A stretch of 64,000 nucleotides of DNA. Source: Antedon mediterranea (lineage: Eukaryota > Animalia > Echinodermata). The position numbers and the translations under genes were made by a program. The notes under the pieces were generated by a model. That model saw nothing but the letters and a program-made list of their open reading frames with translations, did not search any database and was not told where the DNA came from. The DNA lies in the NCBI RefSeq assembly GCF_964355755.1, contig NC_092677.1, positions 15,274,101 through 15,338,100 on the forward strand, read 5' to 3'. Below are positions 1-13,900 of the stretch, in pieces (the stretch's first letter is position 1; every line of letters starts with the position of its first letter).

Positions 1-1663
1 AATTCATAAATAGTAATTAAACTCTTGCTCCTCACTACTGTATGTAGGCCTATTTACACAACTATAATGCTAACCGGGCCTAGCTCTATCTAGCCTACTC
101 TTTCTTAATTAATAATAGTCAAGTGAGTCGAATCCACATCTAGGGACGGTCGCGTCTTTTTTTTTTTTTTGAGAATTAAGGGGGGTGGCTAGCCACCCTA
201 TTCACCCCCTAGATCCGCCACTGCTTAGTAAAGAATAGAGAGTGTGAATGTAGTGAAGTTCGCTCTAAAAGCTTCTACTCAATATGTTACAGTATTGGTA
301 TTGAACCACTATAGAATGGACAGAGCAACACAGCAAAGTCAGATGTCTGCTCTCTAGCCTTCTACCATCTCTATATATAATCAACATAATTTATTGTCAA
401 ATCTACATTACTATAAAACATGGAATAAAGAAATACAAAAAAATAAGCAAGCCAAGATATTTGCAGAAGGGTTCTTTTTTTTCCGCAAATAGTGCAAGCC
501 TACATAAGTAAATGAAAATAGTTTTCCTACGTAGGATTGTCACGAGTTAAGCCTATTTACTATTACTTTCAATGTTGAAGGGCACTTCAGAGAAAAATGG
601 GGGTTCTATGTACAGCAAGTCTGTGACCCATCTTCAGAAAGATGCTGCAGTTCTCAGAGAGGGTTGCTGTTCTGAGAACAAGTTCTGATTTGTCTCAGAA
701 ATGAAATATTCTTTGTACTTTCAACCATAAATCATAGTAATACAATTACATGTTTCCAACTGCAGAAATACTAAATCATATTGTTCAAAGTCTCTACATT
801 GATGTCATCTATGTGGGTGACATAATACACTGAATTCACATCAATACTGTCATCAATTATAAATTACAGAAACAGGAAAGGTGACATTTATATTAGAATG
901 GCATCAATGCAGTTAGGTACAATGACGTCTATACAGTAGGTAGTTAATTAAAGATTTACGTACATTCAGTTTTCAAATTAATATCTACTGTCCTAAAAAA
1001 ATATAGATCACCTCAAATAATGATACTGTATTAAAAGATCCACTTAATAAGTTTAGAAAAATAAAACAAGGATTTACTTAAAATAAAGAGACAGAACACA
1101 AAACTAAATTTTAAAAATACTGTATAGTATATGAAAAAAGTAATAATAATAATTCAAGCTCGTTGATTTCTCAATAATATGTGTTCTGATTCTGAGTTGC
1201 AATATACTGTACTGTACACAATAATGTAGAATTGAAAATTGTAATTTCTTGTTTAACTTAAAAAACCATGTCAAGATTATCCTATTTCTATTTCTGTTAC
1301 TACTAATACTAATATTTTTTTACTGCAATAATGTATGACTTACGGTAGTTTGTTTTAATGTACACGTTTATGAGGCAGTTGCTGCAATAAACTGTGTGAC
1401 CTAAAAAAAAGCTTGCTACAGTAAATAAACAGGTTACAACAAAAATATTTACTGCAGTAACTTCAGAAGAATAATTAGTTTGAGATGATCTCTAGTATTC
1501 TTTTATAATCGGTTAATATTCTGTGAAACGGAAAATAATATTGTAAGCCTTAACACATTTGAATATTACTGTCAGTAGATAATAATTATTCCTTGTTGTA
1601 GTTGATTAAGAATATAATCACTGAATAAATTAACCACGGTTAACGTGTCATTTGTTTTTGCAG

Positions 1664-1910
1664 ATATCGTTGATGGTAATTTGAAAGCCATAATGCGTTT
1701 GATTTTAGCATTAGCTGCTCATTACAAGCCCAGCAGCGTGAAACAAACACCGCAAACCCCGCAAGGCACGCCACATCAGAAACCGCAGAGGCAGCAGTCG
1801 TTTGCTGCTATGGCTGCAGGGGCGGCAGCGGCAATCAGAGATGCTCGTAAGGATGTTCAGATGGCTGGCGGTTCATTAAGGAGGTCAAAGGGAAAAGATC
1901 CGTCAGCTCG
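1664..1910 (+). CDS. DIXDC1: DIXDC1 exon, end of calponin-homology domain
   Basis: tttttgcag|ATATC...GCTCG|gtagg; [23 protein letters not shown]. Confidence 0.92.
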
Positions 1911-4900
1911 GTAGGTTTATTTGTGAAGGTTGGAAGCTTTCGATTTTTGACAAACTAACAGTAGTTACGTCATGTACGCATGCAAGAACATTGGGACATG
2001 CTTCTTTGCCCGATTCGTCAGCATAGTTTTTCTGGATTTTAGCTCACGAGGACGACCAAGCCAGTGTAATGCTTTGTAATGTAGTGCATTTGTTGTCTTT
2101 CTGCATGTAGTACCATGAATTAAAAAAGTTTATATTTTTTTACATAAACTAATGTTGCTTTGTTTAATTCTAATTGATAACTAATCTTTTTAAAGTATTT
2201 TCAGTATCTTAAGCGTGGTTCCCACTAGCGACGCAACGCAAGGACGTAACGCAACGCAAGTGAATTGACCAATCACAAGCGATGGCTTATTTGCTTGTGA
2301 TTGCTAACTGTCTATAACTTCGCTTGTCATTGGTTAAAACGCTTACGTCCATGCGTTACGTTCTAGTGGGACCAAGCTTTAGCTTGTTTGTACTTGGTTC
2401 TGCTTGTCTGTATTGCTTAACATTGGCTTTGCATGCTTTGTGTATTAATTTAGCCTGTATGGACATTCCGGCCTGTACCGGGCAAGTCCAGCTCCAGTGG
2501 AAAGGTCTAACATACATAGAAGGTAAATTAACTAATGGTACATAAATGTAAAACTAACACTTCTCCTTTGGCTCCTCCCTATAAAGCCCCTTTGTCACAG
2601 ATGTGCCTGCAATATACCGGTATTATGGTGGCGTCGTGCCGGTATTGTTACCGGCATATACCCATTCTCATCGGACTATCGTGCCGGAAATATAACCGGT
2701 ATATACCGGCTTTCTGTGAGAAAGGAGTCGGGCATATTCGGCCAATAAAAAGTCTCTGACAAAATAATTATTGAGGGCGTCCTTTATTGTTATTATTTTT
2801 GTCTAGCGATATATGGCGACGAATTTTAAGTTACAGATTATTATCTTCCTTTATAGCATATTTATGCAATACATGCTATGTACAGTATATTGTGCATATA
2901 TTATACAGGTACAGCAATTAATTAGCCGTCATCGGCAATCTGTAAAACACCTTAGAAAGCTGTACGCCGTACAATTTACAAGGCGACGAAGGGTCAGGCA
3001 CCAACAAATCAAATGACAAAGAGCTATGGCCTATAGATTATGCTACAAATTTCTTCTTGTCCCCTTATTTAAGCAGCTCTCTTATCTCATTATCCCTCCA
3101 GTTCGACATTATTATTATTATTGTTAATTGAATTGAATTGGCGCCAAAGTGATACACTTGACCGCGCAAGGTGTCAAAGCCTCGACGGGGAATTAAATAT
3201 AACCCCGGAATATAACGGCGTTACGTTCTCACAGAATGCCCGTCTGGGGAATATCCCTAGAATATTACTAGGTCTAAAGCAGGTCATGTCGATGCCGGCA
3301 TTATGCCAAGACCCGTTCTCACAGAAAACCATACCGGCATGGTAATGGTATATTCCCGCAATATTCCTGGCACACAGCTCTGTGAGAAAAGGGCTTAAGA
3401 AGATAATTGCTATTGTTACAGTTGTTTACATATTAAGATAATTTTTAACTTTGCTACGAGAATCAAAGTATACAAGCAGTAATAGTGTGTCTTGTTCTTT
3501 TACTTTTAGCCCTCATGGCAGTCCTGCACCTTCTGCTACCAACACTCCTCTACACAGTAGGACAGCAACACCGGTACGTGCCTTGTTAGAGGCTAGGAAC
3601 AGTCCCTATCCCTCCAGGACTTCAAGCTTTGCATCGGATCATTCAGATCAAGGTATTGTATGTACAAGATTACCATCATCATCATCATCATCTTTTATTT
3701 GAGTGGGCTTTCTTCCTCTTCCGAGAGGTTACTGACTGTCGCTCATTCTACCTGTTTTGCCATCATTTTCCTCCAAACCAATTTTCCTTCTTTCTTTCTT
3801 TACCATATTTTTCCACGTCACCAGCTGTGGCCGTCCTCTTTCTCTTCTACCTCCAACTTCTAAATAACAAGCTCTCTTTACTGATTCATCTTTTCTTATG
3901 TCCCATCCATCTAAAGCTACTCCTCCCTCATATACGATTACCATCCTAATCACTAAAAAAAGGGGGAAAAAACATTGCAGAAATTAAGATTTAGTATCAT
4001 GGAAGTAAAGGCGCATTTATGATATCATTTGCAAATGTATCTTAATAATAACGTAATAAATACTGTAATAACAGAAATTGACTATAAAACATATCAACAT
4101 ACATTAAAATGCCATGTAACTAGTGAGGTATTCATATCCTGAAATTGGTGAATTATTGTGAATTTAAAAAAAATTAGTATTAAAAAAATGATCATGATTA
4201 ATTTACTATTTCTTTAATTAAAATAATTTAGTAGTTTACAAATGTTGTATTTAAGGAACTGTTAAAGTCTCGATGATAATACCACTTTAAGATCGGTTTA
4301 AAATGATAAAAGCCTACTTAAACATCCAAATAGATTTTTTATTATTATTAGTTCCCTGTAATGTAAGTGTAATATTATTTTTTGTTAAACAATATGTTAA
4401 GACAGTGAAATACTATATTTATTAGTAAAAAGGTTCATCTGGATCACTGTATAGTATTTTAAGTAAATTTTCTTTTCTTCTAAATCATCCAAAAGAAAAT
4501 TTACTTAAAATACTATATTTATTATAATGAAATGCATACACAGTTTGGCTATGTTTGTCTTCTTAGATCAACACATAAAATGATATAATAATCTGTTTAT
4601 GCTGCAATAAATATGTGCGTTTGGTCAATGTTACAACAGTTTTCTTGGTTTACGTTGTCGGCCGTAAAACCTCGTCCATTGCTTTTATAGAGCGGAAAAC
4701 TTACCTTGTTGAAAGTTTCTTTCTTGTTGTTTGTTAGATTCTATTTGAAAGATATATACTTGTGGTATTTTCTTGTGGTGAAGTTATCAGTACAGTGGAA
4801 GACAATTCTAGAGCCTAAAGAATATTCATTGTAGTACAAGTACTGACTTACAGTAATTAATTATCTCAACAGGCAGCGAATGTGGTTCTTTTCCAAGAAG

Positions 4901-7900
4901 AGGCTCAATGGCATTAAGTGACGTTGAAGATGATCATGATGCTATGCTAGTGGATGTAGAGGATACCAAGAAAATGCTACTAAGTCTCCAAGAAATGGTA
5001 ACTTGTTAAGATACTAGATAATTTCTGATTCTTCTGAAAAATATGAATTGTGTCTTAAGCTGTCATTTCACATCGCACCTGGATTCGGTCTAGCACCCTG
5101 AGAAAAACATCATGTAAAATAGTAAAGTATAGGATTGTTCACGCCAAAATCATATGATTGGAATTTATACCAGATTCAGTTTTCATTTTTTTCTTTTGAC
5201 CAATCAACATTGAGCATGAATGACGTCGATTGACAACGGATAACCGGATTCATGCTCGATTTGAAAGCATGTTTAACACTCGTGATATTTTTCACAGGGC
5301 GCAATGTGAAAACAGTTTTAGACTGACAGTATTTGTACCAAATGTGCATATGCATGTAACAAAATTACCATTAAGTGTTCAATCTATGGTAATTTGCATG
5401 TTTAACCTAATGAGTGCTCTCTATAATAATAATAGAAAATAGATGTATATTATATAAAAGAAAAAAGTAAAATTTGTTGAACTGTTTATTGGATTGAATA
5501 AGAAGAATTGTACTTGAATTTGGATATGCAAATGATGGTCTCAACTCTTTCCTATAATGAGTAATGAATTAATTTAATGTCAGATTAATTAATTATAGTG
5601 ATTGTTGTGAATTCAAAAAATTTATCAGATAATCAATGAAAATCATAATTTATAAAAGGTAATTAATTAGGTTAAGGTCAAACACATCTAGTTAAAAAGG
5701 AGAAACAATGCGTGGGTCTTAATTGACAAATTACACAGACAAAATAGGGAATTAATAATACATCATAAATTATGATGTTACAACATACAATTATGCTGTG
5801 AGAAAATCCATTATGTACAAAGTTTAAAGGTAAATATAGAACAATTTAATCAATGTATGAAATAGCCTCAGAGAAAAATGTCCATTTACTGTAATTGACT
5901 CATCCATTCACTCAGACTATAAGACGTTATAAAGGTATGAAATTAACTTGTCTACTGACAATACAAAAAATACTAAAATGCGTATATTTAACATCATTTT
6001 AAAAATGTATAAAATACAATATTACATATATTTACTGAAAGGCATTTTCTAAGTTTGAAATATGAAAAGAAATGCATTGAAATATCCAGATATATTAGAG
6101 AATTGATTTTGTAATTTGTGACTCAATTTTCATCTGCCAACATTAATAGGAAACCATTAGATATAAACATAAGTAGTTGAAAATATAATATGAATATACA
6201 TAATACCTGTATCATAATTTCCTTTATGTTAAGGTGCATATTTTAGGCAAATCCTTCAAATTGTGATAACATTTTGAAACTTTGCACAGTTATTCATTAG
6301 GGTGTCAAAAATATGAAATGGAAGGGTTGCACAAAATTTGGTCAGGGGAAAGCCGCCATTTTGTATTTCAAAATGGCGGACCTCAAATTTTCAATTGTCA
6401 GGTATATCTCTGCTAAAGAGGCACCTAGAGTTATATGGTAGTGTGGTCACCAAACATATTGGTATAATTAACATTTGATTGCATGGCGGCCATGTTGGAT
6501 TTCAAAATGGTGGACTTCAAATTTTCACTTTTCAGGTATATCTCTGCTAAAAAGGCACCTAGAATTCTGATTTTAGGTGCAAATTATAATTATGGTAATG
6601 GGGTCACCAAACATATTGGTATAACTAAAATTTTGATTGCATGGCGGCTATGTTGGATTTCAAAATGGCGGACACCAAATTTTCACTTTTCAGGTATATC
6701 TCTGCTAAAAAGGTACACAGTGCTCTGATTTTAGGTGCAAATTATATGGTAATGGGTCACCAAATATATTGGTATTTAACTAACATTTTGATTGCATGGC
6801 GGCCATTGTGAATTTCAAAATGGCAAGCTCAAAATGTTTCAGTACGGTACCTACAGTTATAATTTTAGGTACAAAGTATAATATGGTATTGAGGTCAACA
6901 AACATATTGGTATAACGTCTTTGATTGCATGGCGGCCATTTTGAATGTAGCTCAAACCTGGTAACCACACAGCTCTGTACATCATAAATCACTCTTTCTG
7001 CATTTACAGCGTCCAAGATCACAGTCGGTGTGTCACAGCGAATTAAAACCTAATTTGTGACATCTGAAAGTTCCGGCAATGAACTCCAAACTGGACTAAA
7101 TTTGTTGCCGTCCTTCTTCCATCCCCAGTTTGCTGGGTCCTGTTCAACCCTGAATGCATCTAGACAGTTTTACCATTTTCTGGCTTGTAGAACAGACCGT
7201 TTCACATGTTCTCTTAATGCCGCAGATGTTGGGGGGATATTTTCAATAGTCTGTAGTAAAAAGATATCGTCTTGCATCATTTACCTTCTTTCTACATAGT
7301 TACAACAAACTGTTCTAGATAATCTGTGTCACTAACATCCCCTACAGACAATGACATCGTCTCAAATTCTTTTCCTTGAACAGATGAAGTTGTATCACAA
7401 CTGCTAAAGGAATGAAAGAACAAGTAAGCGGCTGATGCTTGTGATCCAAGAGAAGTAATCTTGTGTATTGAGATATACTTCAAGTGCTTCCCCACTCCAA
7501 ACTCGATCCAAAGCTTGTGGATGCCAGGTATTCTGTGGAAAGTTGACAATGAAATAACAACAACATCACTGTCTACAGTCTTGACAAGAATGCGCGGAAA
7601 CATTTTAGCGGCATGTTTAACATGAAAAAACATACGTTCATCTGCCTCTTCTATGTTACATGGCATCAGCGGTTGTATATTTACAGACAGGTTTGTTACA
7701 GCTCTGTCTCTCAGAGACCCTACAAACATTCCGTGATTTGTGTCAATGTTCTCTACTACTCCAGTTACAATTAATGAAACAACTCTGATTTGTTGTCATC
7801 ATATCTCGAATATGTGGTCCAATTGTTGGGCATGCTCCCACTGGCTTTGACGCCCCTCCTTACACCAGAGCCGCGGTTTGAACGCGTACTAGACTTTAAA

Positions 7901-10900
7901 CCGTCGTTAAAGTATCTATCGAAAACAGAATCTGGTCGCGTCACTGATCGAAGTTGATGGTCTATATATGGTTGTACGACAAAATGAAGCACCATTAGTT
8001 GCTGCCAAGGTGTTAGATGGACCAGCAATAATCAATATGCTCAGGCGAAATGATTCGAAGACATTCATTGAGTATATATCAAGTGTCATACAACCATCAA
8101 CTTCGATCAGTGACACGACTAGATTTGTTTTTCGATTTTAACGACAGTTTAAAGTCTGGTACGCGTTCAAACCGCGTCTCTGGTGTAAGGAGGAGGGTCG
8201 TTAAAGCCAGCGGGAGCATGCCCAACAATTGGACCACATTTTTTAGATTTGATGACAACAAATCAGAGTTGTTTTCATTTATTGTAACTGAAGTAGTAGA
8301 GAACATTGGCACAAATCACGGAATGTTTGTAGGGTCTTTGGGAGACAGAGCTGTAACAAACCAGTAAATATACAATGGCTGATGCCATGTAACATAGAAG
8401 AGGCAGATGAACGTATGTTTGTTCACGTTAAACTTCCCGCTGAAATTTTCCACGCATTGTCAAGACTGTACACAGTGATGTTGTTGTCAGCTTTCCACAG
8501 AATACCTGGCATCCACAAGCTTCGGATCGAGTTTGGAGTGGGGAAGCACAAAGCACAATACACGAGATTGCTTCTTCTCTTGGATCACAAGCATCAGCCG
8601 CTTACTTGTTCTTTCATACCATTAGCGGTTGTGATAGATCTTCATCTGTTTAAGGAAAAGGTAAAGCTACATTTAACGAGACTTTGAAAAAGATGCCATG
8701 TATGACTCCAGTTTTTGAGAGGATTTCATTGCCTGTAGGGCATGTTAGTGAAACAGACACAGATTATCTAGAACAGTTTGTTGTAACTATGTCTACTGCA
8801 GAACATTTAATGATGCAAGACGATATCTTTTTACAACAAGAGAAAGACTATTGAAAATATCCCCCAACATCTGCGGCATTAAGAGAACATGTGAAACGGA
8901 AACCAGGAAGTGGTACGACTGTCTAGATGCATTCAGGGTTGAACAGGACCCAGCGAACTGGGGATAGAGGAAGGACGGCAACAAATTTAGTCCAGCTTGG
9001 AGTTCATTGCCGGAACTTTCAGATGTCACAAAGGTTTTAGTTCGCTGTGGACACACCGACTGTGATCTTGGATGCTGTAAATGCAGAAAGAGTGATTTAC
9101 GATGTACAGAGCTGTGTGGTTGCCAGGGAAATTGTGACCTACAATAAGTGTCCGTGTTAAATGCATGTAATTATGAACATAAACAAATAGTGTAAAGCCA
9201 GTACTGGTTGAGCTACATTCAAAATGGCCGCCATGCAATCAAAGACGTTATACTAATATGTTTGTTGACCTCAATACTATATTATACTTTGTACCTAAAA
9301 TTATAACTGTAGGTACCGTACTGAAACATTTTGAAATTCAAAATGGCCGCCATGCAATAAAATTGTCAGTTACATACCAATATGTTTGGTTATACCCATT
9401 ACCATATAATTGGCACATAAAATCAGAACTCTGTGTACCTTTTTAGCAAAGATACCTGAAAAGTGAAAATTTAAGTCCGCCATTATGAAATTCAAAATGG
9501 CCGCCATGCAATCAAAATGTTAGTTATACCAATATGTTTGGTGACCCCATTAACATATAATTTGCACCTAAAATCAGAACACTAGGTGCCTTTTTAGCAG
9601 AGATATACCTGAAAAATAAAAATTTGAAATCCGCCATTTTGAAATCCAACATTTCCGCCATGGAATCAAAATGTTAGTTATACCAGTATGTTTGGTTACC
9701 CCACTACCATATAATTTGCACCTAAAATCAGAACTCTAGGTGCCTTTTTAGCAGAGATATACCTAAAAAGTGAACAATTTGGGTCCGCCATTTTGAAATC
9801 CAAAATGGCGGCTTTCCCCTGACCAAATTTTGTGCAACCCTTCCATTTCATATTTTTGACACCCTAATGAATAACTGTGCAAAGTCTCAGAATGTTATCA
9901 CAATTTGAAGGATTGGGTCACTTAACAGGCCTACTATTATAGAATGCCATAAGAAATAACATAGATGAAACAATATATAAGTGGTTCTTGTTTATAAAAA
10001 AATTAAATTTAATTCAGTCCTGCTGTTTGGAAGTTGTTTGTTAGAGAAGGTGTTTATAAAATGCTTCAATTTAAATAAATCTTAACTATAATTTCCTTTC
10101 TTTTAGTTACTTAGTGGCAAGGCAGCAGATGAGGAAGGTGCTGGCTCAGATGCTGAGGAGGATCAATTTGATAGTACTGCTTACAAAGACTATGTGGTAT
10201 GATACAATTAAACACTAGCATCGTTACAATTGCCAAATTTTACAAAGTGTATAATATGAATCAGGTGCTAGGCTGTGGTCTTTGATACCTTGTATCAATC
10301 CATTGTTGAACAGTATCAATAAAGGCCTGCAAATACAGGATGCATTTGTCCTCCTTACTTTACGAAACATTGTTAAAATTTTATTTTACTCCAAATTTGT
10401 TTATCAGGTGGTTCTTCAAGCCAGATTAGATCAACGTCAAGCAGAACTTAAGAAAATAAAAGCTGAGCTATCAACAAGCAAACAGGAATGCCGCAATCTA
10501 CAGGGTACAAAGGTAAATATTTTTTTTTAATTTACAAAAATTACTGTTCACTTTAAATTGAATAAATTTAAAGTTGACAGTAGTTTTTCTTTTTTTTTGT
10601 GTCTATTTTGTGCCTTGTTTACCTGGATAAACAAACAATAGCCATTGCTCTCACAAGACATAGTAATGATAGGCAAAGATATCAGATAAAGATCCTTGAA
10701 AATCCCTCTACAATAATAAACTAATCCAACTACCACTATACTTTTTTTGTATTGCAGGCTGGTTTACAATCCAGATTAACAGATCAAGACAATGCATTAC
10801 TACAGATGAAGGCGGAACTTTTGAGGGTTGGATTTACACATCAAAATTTAGAATCAGATAATGTAAGTGTACATAATAGAAATAAATTTATTAAAGACCA

Positions 10901-13900
10901 ACAAACTGATATGATATTTTCTGTAGACTCTCGTCTTTGTACAATTCATGTCTTTTAAAAAATAATTCTTTAGATATCTTTAACTGTAATTTCTCTCAAT
11001 TTAAATGTATTATTGATGAAATTATTTAAATAATCTTATTTACATTTTTGTATATATTTATATTGGTTTATATTTATAGTTTAGTTATTTTATTTTCAAC
11101 CTGTTTGAAATAAAGAATAAAGAATCCAACTTTCACTTTGTCTACCAAAATCCACAACATGCAGCATATTTTCACACTGTAATGCATTTATTTATAGTTA
11201 CCTGGCAATGTTTGTTCAAAAGATTGCCATTCTCATTTAAATGTCTTGTTTTTATTAGGCCGATTTAAGACGGCAACTGGAAGAAAAGTCAAGAATTGCT
11301 GAGGATGTCACGAAGCAGTTGCAACATAAAGATAAGTTCTTGATGCAACAACAAGATCAGATAGAGATCCTGACACAGCAACTGCAAGAACTTAACTCTC
11401 TAAAGGTATGGCCAATTTACATTAAGAATGGTTGTGATGGCACTAGTTACTACTGTTTCTTTACCATGGAAGCATTTATTATAAAGAAAATATTTCCATA
11501 TTTAAAATGTACTTTCCTCAAAACACCTGTCCTGAAATAGTTTTCTTATGTATTTATTTATTTACTTTAGGCCTCTGGCCCCTAGTAATTAACAAAATAA
11601 TAATTACATTGAAAAATAAAGCAATTTATGGTCACAAGATAAATGAATTAATTAATTTCTTGTTTTAGACCGATCTTCAAAATAAACTTGAGGAGCGTGG
11701 TGGCAGTGTGCATCAATTTCAAAGTCAGATACAGCAACTCAGTGATAGGTTAGAAGATGTCAACTTGGCAGAGGTATATATCTTTCATTCTTCTGAAACT
11801 TAAATTTGACTTCGACTTCCAACATTATTGTCTACCATGCGTGTCACCAGACTTCCTCTCCCATACCCTGATTTTGTTTAAAACAAAATATGGCAACTTT
11901 AATTACTCTCATTTATAATTTAATTTAACCCCAAAAATCACAGATTTTAAGTTGGAACGTTTTAGGGTGTTTCCCCTCTACCTCATGAGACACCACTAAT
12001 CTGGTATCTTGTGGCCATTTTTTACTTCTTAAACTGTAGTGTTTTCTTTCTGTTAGTTAATTCTTCTGTTTATATTCTGTTTCTTTCCGTAGACCAACTT
12101 AGGAATGCATATCACATCACAAGATAACAAACTTAGCAGTATAGAAAGTAGATTTGGTCTGAAAGACCAAAGTACATATAGAGAGGTAAACAAACTTCTG
12201 ATTGTGAACAATAATAAAATCTTAACCTTTTTTTTTGTAAATCAAATTTATCACTGAATCTATTTTAACAAAAATTGTTTTATGAAACTAAAGATTTTTA
12301 TTCTACTTGTAAAACAGTTCATGAGAAATGTTTTTTTTTTAAATTGTAGTCATCTGAAGAAATGCAAACATTGAAGACGGCCCTCAGGAGTTTACGATCT
12401 AATATGAGTCTTCATGATCCCCAACATCATGCCTTGGACACATTAGAACAGGTGCGTAAGAGTAGAAAACAATTATGTGATAGTAAAGCGCCCTTTCCAA
12501 AACAGTATTCAAGGTTGAGGGGAAACTACGCACTCCCTGAAATGTATTCTTACGCCTATCTTTTGATTTTAAATTATTTGTTTCTGAGAAAAAGTCATAG
12601 ATCTGTTGGTAAGAAAAATTTCAACAAATTTAGAAATTGGATTAGAATGCTAAGAGAGTAATAGTAATTATTTTACATGTGTTTTTTAAATTTGTATTCA
12701 GGGTGTAACATCTATAATGGAAAGGCTGCAGTCTGGCATTGCCTCAAGTAGAAACAGTGATACAGTAGGTTGCATTCAAGCTCACTTATGACGTTCACGT
12801 CCTCATTATAACCACTTACCACATGATTTCATTTCCTCTTTTTGATATGATAAAATATTCTCATAGCCATAGAGAGATATTTTGAGCTGTATACTGCCCT
12901 CTATTTTTGGGTGATTCTGAAGAAAGTTCGGAAATAATGCCCCCTATTTTAGGCATAGAAATTCCATTAAACTGCTCTCACCTGAAGAATTTTGATAAAA
13001 TAGTTTGATTTTAATTGCACAAGTAAACATGTCCTTGTTTTCGTGAAATTGCTATTTGATACATATTCCAGTTGTAGTCTTATTGCAGCTTTTTATTCAT
13101 TTTCATGAAGGAAGAAGTTATAATTCTTCTGGTTTGTTATCAACTTGTTAATATCTTATCAACTTAATATTTATCAACCTGTTAACAATTTATGAACTTG
13201 TTAATATTTTATCAACTTGTTAACATTTATCAACTTGTTATTACATTTGTTTATCAACTTGTTAACATTTATCAATTTGTTAACATTTATCAACTTGTTA
13301 ATATTTTATCAACTTGTTAACATTTTATCAGCTTGTTAACATTTATCAACATATTAACATTTATCAACTTGTTAACATTTATCCACTTGTTAACATTTGT
13401 CAACTGGTTAACATATATCAACTTCAACATTCAACTTATTAACATTCATTAATGTTTTAACATTTATCAACTTGTTAACATTTATCCATCTTTTAACATT
13501 TTATCAATTTTTAAACATTAATTAACAATTTATTTACTTATTAATATTTTATCAACTTTTATAAATCTGTTTATATTGATCAACTTGTTAACATTATCAA
13601 AGTTCTTGTTAACATTTATCAACTTGTTAACATTTATCAACTTGTTAACCTTTATCAACTTGTTAACCTTTATCAACTTGTTAACATTATCAAAGTTCTT
13701 GTTAACATTTATCAACTTGTTAACCTTTATCAACTTGTTAACATTATCAAAGTTCTTGTTAACATTTATCAACTTGTTAACATATTTTAATTCAGAACAT
13801 TTGACCATTTATTATTTCTGTTTAACTACTACTAAAAACCTTCTCTACGAATATTTTATATTTTACACATTTTTTTCACTATATCTCAAAAAAACAAATC

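Larger units (their letters stand above)
6250..9936. mobile_element. Foldback (palindromic) non-autonomous Academ-type DNA transposon derivative in a DIXDC1 intron
   Basis: 6250-7979 is an inverted copy of 8085-9914. Both arms carry ~120-bp subterminal tandem repeats (AAAATGGCGG...GGTATATCTCTGCTAAAAAGGCACCTAG) and decayed XPG/PIN-nuclease + CXC coding sequence. The right end finishes in CTA. Confidence 0.8.

Noticed and set aside
179-223. MITE terminus (CCCCCTAGATCCGCCACTG)
   Set aside because: Only one end is visible, with no partner TIR or TSD in the window; too little to define an element
7292-8687. Functional nuclease gene pair
   Set aside because: Both copies are frameshifted, truncated and carry deletions; they are transposon remnants
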